A stretch of DNA of 64,000 bases from NCBI GenBank assembly GCA_029717555.1, contig JAMDHS010000054.1, positions 62,001 through 126,000 on the forward strand, read 5' to 3'. The notes under the pieces are model-generated. The model saw nothing but the letters and a program-made list of their open reading frames with translations. It was not told the origin of the DNA and made no database searches. The stretch is from Peribolospora baueri. Taxonomy: Eukaryota. Numbering within the stretch: position 1 is the first letter of the stretch; each line of letters starts with the position of its first letter. Below are positions 1 to 13,538 of this stretch, in pieces. Made by a program: the position numbers and the translations under genes.

Positions 1-2978
1 CCGGACGGTGCGACCTCGGAGAATTGTCGAACTGAACGATCGCTAACGCCGTCTGTGCATCCCCGTCACCATCTGCGTCCAATCTGTTCTTCCAGTTCTG
101 GGGTATTGTCGTGTCTTTGATGATCGAGTCCGCTCTCAGTGAGTGATGGAGCTGAGCTTGTTCACCGTCTGTCTCTCTTGAGATGCGGCGAGGAGTCGGC
201 AGCGATGGGACAGTTACGTGCAGTGTTACGGTGACATGGGCACGAGGAAAGGCTCAAATCGCATGAGAAAGACGAACCGTGACTCTATGTCCTCCTAGAG
301 TGTCGTTGTTGACGCCTTCTACTGAAAAACAAGAGCACCCACTCTGACCTGTGCCTCCCCCGCTCGGGTTTTCGACCCCCCTCCCTATGCTCTTCTTTCC
401 CCGTCGATGCCATCAGTCATGCAAACGTACAACTACTTTGTCAATTTCGCCGGGCGCCACGCAGTCAAAAGGGATCGGGACGCCCTGCAAGTCCTCGTGA
501 GTCCAGACATCCTGTGTGGAGCGAGAAGTGAAACCCAGAGGGAGGCGATTTTGGGTTGACTCCTTCATCTTCCTTCCACGTCAAATACAGGTTTTCGTCC
601 TTTCCGTCCTGAGCCTTATCCAGGCGGCTCTCTACGCGTACACGCTCTTCGTCGACTTTGTCCTCCATTTTGCAGACATAGTGATTGCTCGCCTTCTAAC
701 CTGGTGCAGAAAGCCTCTGTACTCGTACTGACCCGTTGCATCGCCGTTGCCTTGTCTTTGCTTTTCAGGCCTGGCTGACGCACGTTGGATGGGGTGAGCG
801 ATGCGTTCTGAAAGAGGTCTGGAAATATTCGTCGGCCGTTGGCTACGGCCACTTCTTACACCGTCGTCTTCCCCCTTCCCGATCCTCCAGAGATGCACGC
901 AGCGGTGATCATCCTCATCATCTCCTCCGCCCTCTCCCAAACATTTTTCGCCCACCGCATCTGGCGCTTCCTTGGACGTCAGATATCCGCCGCGATCGCT
1001 TTCGCCCTCTTCATCACTTTCACCGTTGTCAGCGGGTCCGTTTGCATGGCTATGGCCATCTCTGCGGACAACTGGACTCGATTGAGGGGTAATGTTTTCC
1101 AACGTGAGCATTGTGTGGCGTGTCGACATGCAAGCTAGCCCTAGATCGTCGTTCAAATCGCTAATACAAATCCCCCCTCTTGGTAGGTCTCTTCATCTCC
1201 TACCTCCTCGTGACGGCCGTTTTCGACGTTGGACTAGCCGTCTCCCTTGTCGTCAGCCTCGTGCGTCTGCGCTCCCGGCCCTTCCACTCAGAGAGACTCT
1301 ACCGAAAGATCTTGCTGGTCGGCACGACCACTTGCGTTATCCCTGCCTCGGCTGCCGTCGCGACCGCCGTGCTTTATATCTGCTTTCAAGACGCAAAGTG
1401 AGTGGAACTGCTTTGCAAGAGTCAATTTGTCGCTCTTGCGTGTCGGGCTCACGTATTGTTCTTCTCCTGCGCACGTCCGTTCTCTCAGCCACTGGCTGGT
1501 ACGTTGACCGCGTCGTTGTCACAGGCGTCGAGGTCTTCTCCACGGACCCATTGACACTTATTCTCTTTTCATGCTTCTGCAGGGCCCCGGAATGCCTCTT
1601 TCGAACCTCTTGGCTTTCTCGGTGCTCACCTCGCTTATCTCCCGCCAAGACTTGAGAGCCAATCAGGCGACCGAAACGACCGCGAACGGTCCCCTCGACA
1701 GCCGAAGACTGTCCTTGCCACTCACTTCCGCTCCTTCTCGGGGCTTCCGCAAGGCCCCTCTCACCTCCGCGCTCCGTCTCAAGCTTGCCCACCGACGTCG
1801 GAACCCGTCCATCATCGCCTCTCAAGGCAAGGACAACGGGCCGTTGTCGGGGAAAACCGAGCACGACTCGACGTCACTCCTTTCTGGCGAAGATACCAAA
1901 CTCGAGCTAACTCTCAACGAGCGCAACGAGGTCGGCCTTATCGCCCCTGTTCCCCGTTCCCCGCACAGTCCCGCGAGCGCGTGGTCGCCGTCGTGGGATA
2001 CCATCGTCAAAGGCATAAATGTGGAAGGTGCGGACGGAGACCTTGCGAGGGGCGCTTGGTCGGGCCCCGTGGCTCGGAAGCCCAGCTTGAAACTCATGAA
2101 AGAGCAGCAGGAGGTCTTGATAGGTACCACCGGGTCGCTTGGTCGATCGCTGCGACATGATCTCGCGCCGGAGGAAGTGCCCACTCTTCAGATGGTACGT
2201 TGAGTTCCACGGGCCCTTCGCCAGTTCGGGTAGCTTATCAGGGACCCGACCTAACTGATCGTCCTGCTCATCCTTCCCACCCGTGTCTTGTGCGATCCAG
2301 GGTCGCGAAAGGATCCGGACGGCGGATAGCCAAAACTTCGCGACCGCGATGCAGTCTCCGACGTTTGGGAAGGTGTTCGACTCCGGCACCGTCGCCCTGC
2401 CATCGCCGAGCTTGAGCCAGAGCCAGCATGCGAGGCCGCCGTTCGAGCGGACGGGTTCGGACGTGACGCCGTCATTGCGATCGTACGGCGATGCGAGCGC
2501 GCCTCCGACGTACGAGAATACGAGCACTGTCAGTCGCACGCCCACTCCTGGAGCTTCGGCTGCCCTTGGTCTCGCCAATCCGTCTCCGCTATCCAGGCCG
2601 CCAATCCTTCGAAACAGTTCCTCGAACGACACCTTCGGCGGGCGGGAAGGCGGACTTGACGGGGTAAGAGAGGTAGACTCGGAAGAGCAGGTGGGAAGGT
2701 ACCGTCGCTACGTGGATGCAGACACCACGAGCTCGATCTACTCGCAGCAGACTTCGAGGGTAGGGCCGGGCAGGAGGTCGACGTTGCTCTTGGACCCGGA
2801 CGCTGGCGTAGTAGAGGCGATACAACAGCAGGAGAGAAATCGAAGGGAGGAGAAAGCAGCCGCCTTTGTCGTTTCGGCTGCGCCGGCGCACGAAGACGGT
2901 GGAGACGGTGGCGGTGGTAGTCATAAGGCCGGCGTCGGTGTAGAGAGACCCGTTCGTCGTAAGGCCGGCTGGATTTGA
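1..2978 (+). CDS. Multi-pass membrane protein (DUF6534-like fungal integral membrane protein) with long Ser/Pro-rich C-terminal tail; 5' end outside window; multi-exon
   Basis: Exons flanked by GT..AG give FWGIVVSLMIESAL, MQTYNYFVNF..DRDALQVL VFVLSVLSLIQ, QTFFAHRIWR and LLVTAVFDVGLAVSLVVSL..RLYRKILLVGTTT. This hydrophobic pattern is typical of basidiomycete DUF6534 proteins. Stop TGA at 2976-2978. Confidence 0.7.
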
Positions 2979-3301
2979 TCGTGGATGGATGGATAGATGA
3001 ACGACTGCCGTCCCCGAGAAGCCTCTTTTCCTCGTCATTCTAACCATCTCGCTCATTTTTTGCAAGCGCAATGAGTTTTCACTTTGGTGTTTGTCTCCCT
3101 GTCCCATTCGTCGTGCGGAGGGAGAAAGTGGACGAATCAGAGGAAGCACATAATGAAAGGCGCACCGCGAAATCGGGACGAGCGGTTCGTCCGTGAGTCT
3201 ATTCCATAGTATCCATGCAAAGGGTATCCTCGTCCAGGAAACGCTCCGTTGGATCCATAGTTCCAACGCCACCGCCACCCATCACCTCGCTCGCCCTCGA
3301 A

Positions 3302-5696
3302 TCAGAAACCGACGCTGATCGTCTCGCCGTGGTTGACGACAACAAACTCATTTGGCTCCTCTTCCTTCGCCCTCGCCTCTGCTCCACCTGTCTTCACGTC
3401 GTTCACATCGGTATCCACATCAGCGACCCTCCCAGTCCACCTTCCAAAGCGGACTCCGAGCGTCCGGCAAGCCCTCCTCAGCTCCCTGACAGTATTCACC
3501 ACGTCCTCTTCTCCTCCGACCCACGTGCCCCAATGCACGCCCATTGAGACACGAGAACCGGTCAAGCGGTGGATGAGCACGGCGTCGTAAGGCGTGGCAT
3601 GGTGCGACGACGTGAGCGCGGGATTTATAGAGAGAGGGAAAGAAAGGGGGGAGAATGACCGGATGTAATGTAGCGAGGCTCCCACGGATATGGGAATGAA
3701 GGAGAGATGGGGTGGGCCCAAGCGGATGGCGATTTCTGAGGCAAAAGAAAGAGAAAGCGTGAACCGGGAATTAACGAGGAGGACGAGCGTCAGTCATCGG
3801 TTTAGGTTTCGTTTCGACCAGCCGTCCGGATTCGAGCAGCGCGCAAGAGGTTGCAGGCGGTCAATCCTCACCTTCGAAAGCAGGACACATGGGAGCGTCG
3901 TCCTCCGCCTTCTGCCCTGCCCCGAGGTACCTCAACCCCGTGTCTCCAGCATGGTACGCTCTAAACCTGGTTTCCCTTCCCTCCGTTTTCTTTCTATTCT
4001 CTTCGCCTTTTCCAGAGGTGGACGCCGTTGTTGACGATGGAGGGAAGACTTGCTCGACGACCCACCCGGACCAAAGCGTTACGTGGCTGTCGTACCCGGC
4101 CCTTCCGGAGTGGTGCTGAGCAGGTACACAAACCACTCTAATGTAAGGTCCTCCGACGTCCCGTGTGATTAGAGGCTGGAGCGGACTGGAGTGTGGCGGT
4201 AAACCTTCTGTCTCGCTGGCGTCGGCTTGGCGCGTACTGGAGGCCGGTCTGACATCGGCAGCGACGCTATGGGCGGGGATCGAGGACGGAAAGAGGTCTG
4301 CCTCGTCCCACCAGTCCATCTCTGTGATTTGTTTGGAAGGGATATTGAGCGACTCAAACCAGGATTTGTTGCCTGCATTACGGTCGGTCAAGGACAAGGG
4401 AATAGGAGAGGGAAATGAGCAACCCATGCAGAATGTCACTGATGACTAGCAATGGCTGGTCGGCGTCCATAAGAGGGGACTCACCTAGTGGGGCGAAGAA
4501 GTGAACCTCGCTGCCCCGCGCCTTGTATATCCGTTCGATAGTGTCTAGGTCGAGGTGGTCATAACTGATAGAGGGACAGGCATATAGCGTAGGTCAGACG
4601 ATCTTCCCCTCTTGCCATTGACAGCACGAGAAGTGACAGAATTGGCTCACTGGTTGTGTGAAATGCAGACGATATCCACCTCGGGGAGGTCCTCGACCTG
4701 ACAAGGGGCTGGGTGAAAGCGTTGCGGGCCTGCAAGCTGGGTTGGGGAGCAGCTGTTTACGTCGTCGAGGGAAGATCAGGTGAGCACACGAGCTATATTG
4801 CGACGTATGTCGAGCCTCTCTGTTCAGTTGCGAAGCACCCCAACTCACCGATACGAGAAGATGGGATCGAACAATATGTTCGTCGGCCTGCTGGCCTCGC
4901 CCTCTTGAAGCGGAGGCAGCTGGAGCAGGGCGCCGGCGTGACCCAGCCATGTCCCCCTGGCCTCTCTCCTCTTAGAGCTCTGCCCAACCTTTTCTTGGTC
5001 CTTCGTGGCAGCGGCCGCGCCGCCTGCTTGGTTTTCCCCAGAACCCCAAAGACCACCCCAGTCGGGCTCTACCACCGCTATAACCTCCTCGAGCCTTTCC
5101 TTCTCCCTCGTCGTCTTCCGCATTCCCCTCTCTGGCGCGCCGTCGTCCTCCCCGACCCCACGCCCGCCCATCACCACACCCTCCTGGTCGTCCTCCTTCT
5201 CTTCGACGTCATTGGACGCCTGCGGAGCCAACTGTACACCGTAAAGGTAGTCCCATTTCGACGGTTTGCGGCACGAAGGCCAAGGGTTGCGGAAATACAC
5301 TGGCTTGTCCGCCTGCGCCTGGGCCCGCGCATCTTTGCTTTTCGAGATGGAGCGAGGATCAGAGAGGGTGCTGGGAGTGGAAAAGGAGCGTTTGAGGGCG
5401 GATGACTCGATGTCGGACGACGGCGGCGACACGGATGAGGAGGTCAGGCTGCGATCGAGGTCAATTTCGCTCTTGCTATGGCCGATCTTGGTGGAAGCGG
5501 GGTTGGAGGAGGCGGATGGGTAGACATGGTGCGGAGGCGGGATTGCATGGACAGTCAGGCGGGGTTGGATGCGAAGATGGGAGGTGACATGGTCCTCCGA
5601 AGATGCTGAAGGCAGAGCGGGCGTGGAGGAACCAGTGGTCCAGGACGAGACGAAGGATGATCCCATGGACCAAAGCGTGTACGCTGCGGAAGACAT
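3302..5696 (-). CDS. N-acyl-phosphatidylethanolamine-hydrolysing phospholipase D (metallo-beta-lactamase fold, NAPE-PLD/Fmp30-like); multi-exon
   Basis: Motifs FRNPWPS, TWLGHAG, ILFDPIFSYRCSP, ISHNH/YDHLD (split by an intron), EMDWWD, PAQHHSGR, TLWSGWV, YHAGDTG, CPAFEEI, HATPYDAV and MGVHWGTW. ATG at 5696 (MSSAAYTLWS). Confidence 0.9.
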
Positions 5697-6277
5697 GGTG
5701 GCCGCTGTATTCGCTCGAAGGGCAGGAGAGGGCGTGGATGTGCGATGGACCGAGCGAGGGTCCTCGAGTTGGCGAGTGACTGACCAAGGTGGACGACGGA
5801 GGGGCGATGCTGAGGATGTAAATGGAGGAAAAGAAGAAGTAGGATGGGCGATGGGGGGTTGTGGTGAAGTCGGAGCCACGCTCAGCCGCCACGACCACTC
5901 CGGACTGCCATCTCCAATATGGATGACGACGTAGGCGTGGGCTTGAAGATAACACCGACCTGGAGAATGGTCGACAGACTCTCGCTCTCGCCACTCCAGT
6001 CACCATCGCTCGCCCACGCGGGCATCGGCACGGACTGGCGTTGGCGAACGTCGGCCCGACACCCCCAGTCGTTGGTGGAGCACAAGATAGGACGCGGTGG
6101 AATCGGCCGTCTGCTTCAGTCTTTCCTTCTTTCCTTAACGCCCATCTATGGGACACCCCATTACGACTTGCTACGCTGGGCTCTGCGACCAGGGCACCAA
6201 GCGGGTCATATGGGCAAGCGCTGTACTCGCTGACATGCGGGTCTTCGCAAAGACATAGACAGATGCGAGCCGAAGCG

Positions 6278-6495
6278 ATGTCTGTCTGCTGGATCCAAGA
6301 CGTAGCTGGAATGGGAAAGACTACATTGGCGGACACCGTCGCTGACGACCTGTACCACCTGGGTATGTAATACCGGCCTCCTCCTTCTGCACCAGAGACG
6401 ACACGCTGCCGAACAGCGCTCGGGCGCTCGTCCCTACGATGGCAAATCAGCTCAACGCACTCAATCCGACGTATCTTTCAGCCCTTGGCGATTGC
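6278..6495 (+). pseudogene. Degenerate NACHT NTPase (fungal NLR-like) fragment
   Basis: VCWIQDVAGMGKTTLADTVAD (Walker A context), then TAA at 6368-6370 and a frame change into ASSFCTRDD..NSARALVPTMANQL. This matches the xSFFCSRD..LFPTIAYQL segment that follows the P-loop in fungal NACHT proteins. No downstream Walker B was recognised. Confidence 0.7.
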
Positions 6496-7120
6496 TTTGG
6501 ACACCCAATAGCCGATCAGGACAAGAAAGGCATCACGGAACACGACGGGGGCGCTTTTCCGTCATCTCTCTTGTTCTTTGCTGCTGGCTGCAATCCCGTC
6601 CTACGTGGAACTGTTGTCGACACAGTGCGAGACCTATCCACCCTCGTCGGCGTGTCCAGGTCAAGAAGGCTGCGTGGATGCCGCAGACGAGTTACGCCGC
6701 CATGAGGCTCGCAAGGGATGAGTCTCCAGACGATGAAGGGTGCTCGCCGGCCTCGCCAAGGTATAGTCTTGGTGACTGGTGGCCGCCCGGACTTGGATAT
6801 GGACGGGCAACTCTGAGAAGCTGGAAGCTGGTAATAAGGGGCGACGCCGAGGTCACAGTCACAGTCGCCCGCTTTCAGGCAGTATTTAGATCTCGGTGTA
6901 TTAGATCCAACAACGCCTTATTAAGAGCGAAGAGCGGCCATTTTAAGAGGCGGCTGCGGCGACGGTGGACCTCCAGAGGTTGAGCACACTTGCACCATCG
7001 TCGCATTGGTCGACCTACACGGAAGTGAGTACGACATGGCGCACGTCGATGTCGGTGAGTGTGCGGCTGTGTGAGTGCCGCTTGCTGTAGAAGCATTTCT
7101 CTTCCCTAACGACGCTCCCC

Positions 7121-8312
7121 ATGGACGGCTCATTAGAGAGTCGCCAGCGGGATCGCTCCTCTAGCCAGCGAGGTTCGAGTGAGGGCGTGCAGGGACGCAC
7201 GAGCACAGGTAAGTCCGCCATGCCAGGCAGAAAAACGTCTTGGGCAGTGTATTCTTGCCGTCTGCGTGATCCAATGGGAAGCAGGGCAAAACGAGCTTAC
7301 GTCCTTCCTTCTACTGTTCCTCCAAACCCTTCCTTCCTACGGGTCCGGACCGATGAATCACACGACACACACCCAAATCCCATCTCAACAACGTTCTCCC
7401 TGTGCATATCGGCGGAATGAGGAGCCGAGCGATCGTCCGTCGGCAAGCGCGAACGACATCACGATGGCGGTGGCGTGCTGAGCGAACGTGGAAAGGAAGC
7501 GGACGGGGTGCGGCAGCATTCGCCCCCTCCATCCTCCGCATCGTCCAGCGGCTCGGGCTCGTCTGATTCGGATGCTGGCTATCAAAGCCACCGCCGACAT
7601 GATCGCGAAGAGGAACACGATCGAGGCTCCTCCCATCACCGTCGTCATCACCGTCGTCGCCGCTCTACCTCGCGCTCATCCTCTCGTAGGGACCATCGTT
7701 CCCGTCACAATGACGAGCGACGCAGGTCTCGCTCGCCTGTCTCATCTCACCGCTCTTCTCGAAGGGAGCACGACCGGTCGGTCTCTAGAGAGCGGGAGAG
7801 ACGTAGCGGGACTGAAGAGCGCCGTGATCGCGAGAAAAGAAGAAGAGATAAGGAACCCCGACGGAGGGAGGATAGCGAGGATAGACGCGGGGATCGCGAC
7901 GAGGTCGGCAGGGAGAAGGATCGACACCGGCGGAGGAAGGAAAAGGATAGGGAAAGGGACAGGGAAAGGGACAGGGAGAGGGAAAGAGACAGAGACAGGG
8001 ACAGGGACAGGAAGAGGCACAGGGACCGCCGGAAGAGCAGGGACGATGATTCGCGCGAGAGATACTCAAGTGTCACCGGGCGCAAGGTGAGCGCAAGAGG
8101 AAACTGGCGATACGCTGTTGTCTCTCGTCCTTTTGAGAACACTAACTTACCACCTCGTTTCTCCCATGTCATCTCGACTGTCTCGTCCCCTCCTCGTCAC
8201 TTCGAATCCTACCTCGTAGATCAAGCTCAAGGTGGACAAGACGGCTACGGACCGCGAGCGCGACGAGAACAGGGAAAAGCTGCTTTCTTTCCTCAATGCC
8301 GCGTACGAATAA
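7121..8312 (+). CDS. Arg/Ser/Asp-rich low-complexity putative nuclear protein with a short ordered C-terminal segment
   Basis: Open RS/RD/RE-rich frame at about 7425-8086, intron GTGAGC..TAG, last exon IKLKVDKTATDRERDENREKLLSFLNAAYE* (TAA 8310-8312). The first exon (ATG 7121, donor GTAAGT 7209) and its acceptor are uncertain. Confidence 0.6.
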
Positions 8313-9958
8313 AAAGGATCCGGACGATGGAGGACAGAGAAGAACGCCCGGGGAGGGCACTCTTCCCCCCTATGTCGCTTTCGTCCACATGCTTGGCTCC
8401 CCTGCGTTCGTGTGTCATTCTCGCTCGCATCGCGAGCGTATACCCCTCTCGTCGCTCCGACCGGTCGGGGTCTCGGCCAGCCGGAACGGAAGCAGGGCAT
8501 TGGGCGCACCGGGGCAGCCCGAAGCATGCGGGCCGCGAGACAGAGGGACCCGATTGAAACAGTCTAGATCGCTTTTGCGATGAGAAGGAGCGATGGACCA
8601 TGGTTCTGCCTACCTTGCTTGTAAAAAAGGCTTTCGATGTCCCAGTGGTAACGCGTGAATAAGCGCTTCCGGTCGTACTAGAAGCTGGGCCCCAATGACC
8701 CAAGGATGCCTCTACGTTCTCTGCCGACGGAGCCATTTTCAATGAATGTTGCGCCACGTCGAACTTGTAGGGTAGAGGGGAAGGCGGGGCAAAGAAGACG
8801 GAACGGATTATGGGCTGCTTGCTCGTCCTGCTAGGCGGCGCGCGGCGTTGTCTCGTTCGAGAAAACGGAGTCGTGTAAAGAGATGACTGCGGCCGTGGCA
8901 AATAGATCGCCAGTAGCGCGTCCGCGCGTCGGCTGGTGGTGGTGGTGGTCCGTCCTGGACCGAACGACGACAACAGGCGCAAGGCAGACGGTGGTGATGT
9001 CTCAAAGAGAGGACGCCGGCCACGCATCGTCACTCCAATCGACGTCGCCGTACCACTTGGCCCCGACTGCCCTATCGCGCCGACTCTCACAGAGGCGATC
9101 CACCGGAGGGACTGGCCCGGCCGTCGGTTCGCGGTCATTCCGGTTGAGGAATGTGCTCTGGCCGTCTACGGTAGAACGGAAGCTGACTGGCGACGGTTCT
9201 TCCAATGATCGCATCGCACTCAGATCCCAAACGCCGTCGCATAGGCCGGCATTCGTTAACGTCCCGGCACAACTCGGCAGAACCTCCGCTCTCCTCTGCG
9301 CATTCCCGACTTTTTTTCTTTCCTTTTTTTTTTCTCTGGCGTGCAAGTCCACAGCGACCGTGCAACAGGACGTCGGAGGGAAGGACGTCCGTCTGCTTGG
9401 CCAGGCCGGCCGGCGTGGTCGGTCTCCCTAATCGCCGGAGGCCTGCGGGTGATCGAGTTTTGTTGCGATGGTTCACTTCGTCCCAGCTCGGGATCGGGAG
9501 CCCGTCCAGATCGATAAACAGTCCTTCACCTTCGTCTCCCCAGCTTCCAGTCCAGTGCCTGCTCGCCCCGCTCGCCTCCGCCCAACCAGTCGGCAACGCC
9601 TCTCTCCATTCCCTTCGTTCCTGGTCCGCCCAGCATTTAGCGATCAGCCCAAGAATCAGGGCCCGCATCTCTGCGCCCCTTTTTTCGACCTGCCACCTTG
9701 GGAAAGACCGTTCTTCTTTCGCATCTATTACCCTGGACGTGCGCTCTCTCCCTTTCTTTGGAGTGGGAAGATCTGTACCTCTTCGACCACCTGCTTGCTC
9801 CCCCACGACCCCATTCTCTCCACACCACCTCCGCACGGGACCCCGCCGTCGTCCACGACGACGCCCTTCTCTCGAACAGGTCCACAAGTCTCAACACGTC
9901 GTCGAGCAACGCCCAGGGGCACATCTGACAAGCACGCATCCCGCTCGACACTCACACA

Positions 9959-12889
9959 ATGGGAAAGTTCACGTTTAATTTCAGAGGCACGCCCGTCGGC
10001 TTCGCCGCCGTCGGGCTCGCCCTCCTGGCTTCCATGGGTGGTGTGAGTCTGTGTTCTGTCTCTCTGAGCAGCGCAGCGTCTCTCCGACGTTCGTAGTACT
10101 CATCTTCCTTTATGCGGCCGTCTGTGCCCCCTGCTTCTTGGCTCGCAGTTCATCTTCGGATATGACACCGGCCAGATCTCGGGCATTCTCCTCAGTGAGT
10201 GCTTTCTGGCCGTTGCTCGGACGAGCCTGCAACCCTAAGCCTCTAACCGTGCCGCATCTTTCCTAAACCTCTTTAACTCCCTAGTGAACGACTTTAAATA
10301 CCGCTTCGCCGAGCACGGCAATCACGAATTCTCTATCGGTCGCGAGGGCCTTATTGTCTCGCTTCTGTCCATCGGTACCTTCTTTGGCGCTCTATTCGGA
10401 GCCAAGTAAGTCGTGCCCTTGGTTTTTCCCAGCTCTTTCTCTCGACCGTGCTCCACCGCATGGGATTCACTGAGACACGACACGACATGCTGACCGCATC
10501 CGGGCCTATCTCCTCCAATCACCTTCGCAGCCTCGCAGACTGGCTCGGCCGTCGGAAGGCCATGTCGCTCGAGTGCGCCGTCTTTATCATCGGAGTCCTC
10601 ATTCAGGTTACCGCCTTCAAGGCGTGGTATCAACTCATGATCGGTCGGTTCATCTCTGGTCTCGGAGTCGGTGCGCTTAGCGCTGCTGTTCCTTTGGTGG
10701 GTGGGGCGAATCACAGAGTATGGCCAGCGAGATTCGAGAATTTGACTGTGCGATTTGTTTTCTCCTGCAGTATCAATCTGAAACGGCCCCGAAGCAGCTG
10801 AGAGGTTCTCTCGTCGGTACCTACCAACGTGAGCATCTTGTTACGTCCACGCCCTCGTTCAGCTCTAGCGGACCTATTCACTCTTCGGCTCCTCCTTTTC
10901 TCCAGTGTTCATCACCTTCGGTATCCTCATCGCCTACTGCATCAACATTGGCACCAGGGGCTATGTCACCAACGGCGTTCCTTCCTCCGCCTCGTGGCGC
11001 GTGCCCGTGGCGATTGGTATCGTATGGGGCCTCATTCTTGGAATCGGCATCCTCTTCATGCCCGAGTCCCCTCGCTGGCTACTTGAGCGGGACCTGGACG
11101 AGCAGGCGGAGCGTTCCATCGCGCGCATCCGCGGCGTCGACTTCAACGAGCACAACGAATTCGTCGAAAGGGACTTCCGGGAGATGAAGAACAAGATTGA
11201 GGCGGAGAAGGCCATCGAGGAGGCATCTTGGATCGAGTGCTTCCATGTTAAGCAGAAGCTGCTCTACAGGACCATCTTGGGCATGGTCCTGCAGTCCCTG
11301 CAGCAGCTTACTGGCGCGAACGTAAGTATTTCGCAGCGCACTGGGGTCTCCTTCGCTTGGTCGATTCGTTCTGTCCGCGCGCCCAGCCGAGGAAGTAAGG
11401 TTGACTCATCGCTTTCCTCCGTCTTTTCTCTTGTTCAACTTCTCCTCTTCAGTACTTCTTCTGTGAGCCCCCCACGTTTTACCGGCCCACTCACGTCCAA
11501 TGTACTTGTTCGTCTACTAACCTCGCCGAATTTCGGCTAACATACCAGATTACGGAGCAACCATCTTCCAATCGGTCGGTATTCAGGACTCGTTCGGTGA
11601 GTTGATCAGCGCAATGCTTGCGGTTGGGAAAGCGCGACACAGCTGACTTACACTGGATGTATTTTCCGTGCTGGTCTTGTCTGGCCAGTCACTCAAATCA
11701 TCTTGGGCGCCGTCAACTTTGGGTGCACTTTCCTCGGTCTCTACGTGCTTGAGAGAGTGAGTCAGCTCTTGCAAGTCGACCTTCCTGTCGGCCCCGCTCA
11801 CAGTCGTATAGACAGTTTGGTATCAACTGGACTAATTCGACAACGAACGTCTGCCTTTCCTTCGTTACCCGCGTTTGCAGTTCGGACGTCGCATCCCCCT
11901 TATGGTCGGTGGAGTCTGGCAATCCATCTGGCTCTTCGTCTTCGCCGCTGCCGGGACAGCTAGGGACCCTACGGGTGACGAGCACATCGGCAAGCGTGCG
12001 TTCATAAGTCACCTATTTGCGTCTTCCGACTCGTGAGATCGGTTTCACTGAAGTTTTACGTCGATACCCAATCTTCTTCTCTCTGTCCCTTGTTCCTCGA
12101 CCCACAGTCATGATTGTCAGCGCTTGCCTCTTCATCTTGGGTTACGCATCTACGTGGGCGCCCGGTATCTGGGTTTTCGTCGGCGAATCTTTCCCCACCC
12201 GCACCCGTGCCAAGCAAGCCGCTCTGGCTACCAGCGCCAACTGGGTATGTCTGGTTTGGCCGTCTCTGTGCATGATGTTTTGTGCGACCGAGCTCATTAC
12301 GCGTATTTCTCGATATCCATTTTACAGATTTGGAATTTCCTCCTCGCCTTGTGAGTGTTTCACCCAAAGCTTTACCACCTCCTTGGCACCATGCTCATGC
12401 CTCTTCTCCTAGCTTCACGCCGTTTATCTCCAAGGCCATCCACTATCGCTATGGTTTCGTGTTCGCCGCCTGCAACTTAGCCGGCGCGGTCATCACGTTC
12501 CTGTTCGTTTACGAGACCAAGGACCTCTCAGTGAGTTGTCTCTGAAGGCCACATTTCACGGCGCAGTGTCTGGATCGCTGAACTGTTCCGCTTCGAATCA
12601 ACAGCTCGAGGCCGTCGACGCCATGTACAACGTAAGTGTCACGGCTGAACCTTTCACGCGAGGAGCCTTGCTAATCAACCCATAAACCCTTGGCTCGGCA
12701 CTTAACCATATCCAGGACTCCAACTGCAAGCCGTGGACCTCGCGACAGTGGGTGCCCGAGGGTTACGCTTCGCGCGCTCACCTAGTCCAGCAGACCAAAG
12801 CCTCCGATATCGGCAAGCCGCTCGAGGCCAAGGAGGTGCAGCACCGCGAGAACGGCGGCGTAGAAGGCAAGGGCGAGCACGTGGTTTGA
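9959..12889 (+). CDS. MFS sugar porter, hexose transporter (HXT-like); many exons
   Basis: ASMGG/[92 protein letters not shown] and VYETKDLSLEAVDAMY. Confidence 0.95.
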
Positions 12890-13538
12890 TCCTACGTTTC
12901 TCGCCACGCGGCCGCTCGTCAAGCCTTGGCTTGAGTGGACGGTGATGCGCCAGCGCGAATCGGAAACGAGTTGCGTGGAGGTCGGAAACAGTTCCTCATA
13001 TCTTTTAATACGTAGATTCAATAGACTCTTCTTTCTTGTCCTATCCCTCCTTCATTCGTACTGTTCTGCCAACGCTGTGGCATGTTCCTGCCGTTCTCCA
13101 GCGCTTGTAAGTTACCTTCGCGCTCGCTCGCACAAGTAGTTCTGTGCTTGAGCTAGGCGAGGCGACGAGAAAAGACACTGTCACATACAGAGCTCTTAAA
13201 TCAAAGAGGTCCATTTTGATCAAGTTGCGAGCTCAGAGTTGCCTGCAGATGTCGAAAGGGGATATCCTCCTGATCATGAGGGTCTGATGCGATGTTCCCC
13301 GCGTCTTCCTGGATATGGCGCGTCGAAGAGTGCATTTGAAGATGCGTTCGTTGACTTATGTAAGCATTGACCGCAGCAGCGAGGTGGTCGTGGCGAGAAG
13401 ACCTTCCTCCACAATCGCCAACCTCGATTCAGCTCTTGTCGCTTCACGTCTCAACATCGTATCCATACTTGTCCCTTCTTGTAAAGTACCGCTCACTGTT
13501 GGGCTGCACCACCACGGTAGCTTTTAGTTTCCCTCGAT

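Noticed and set aside
8313..9958. Several 100-280 aa ORFs upstream of the hexose transporter
   Set aside because: There are no motifs or coherent exon structure. The poly-T tracts fit promoter or intergenic DNA.
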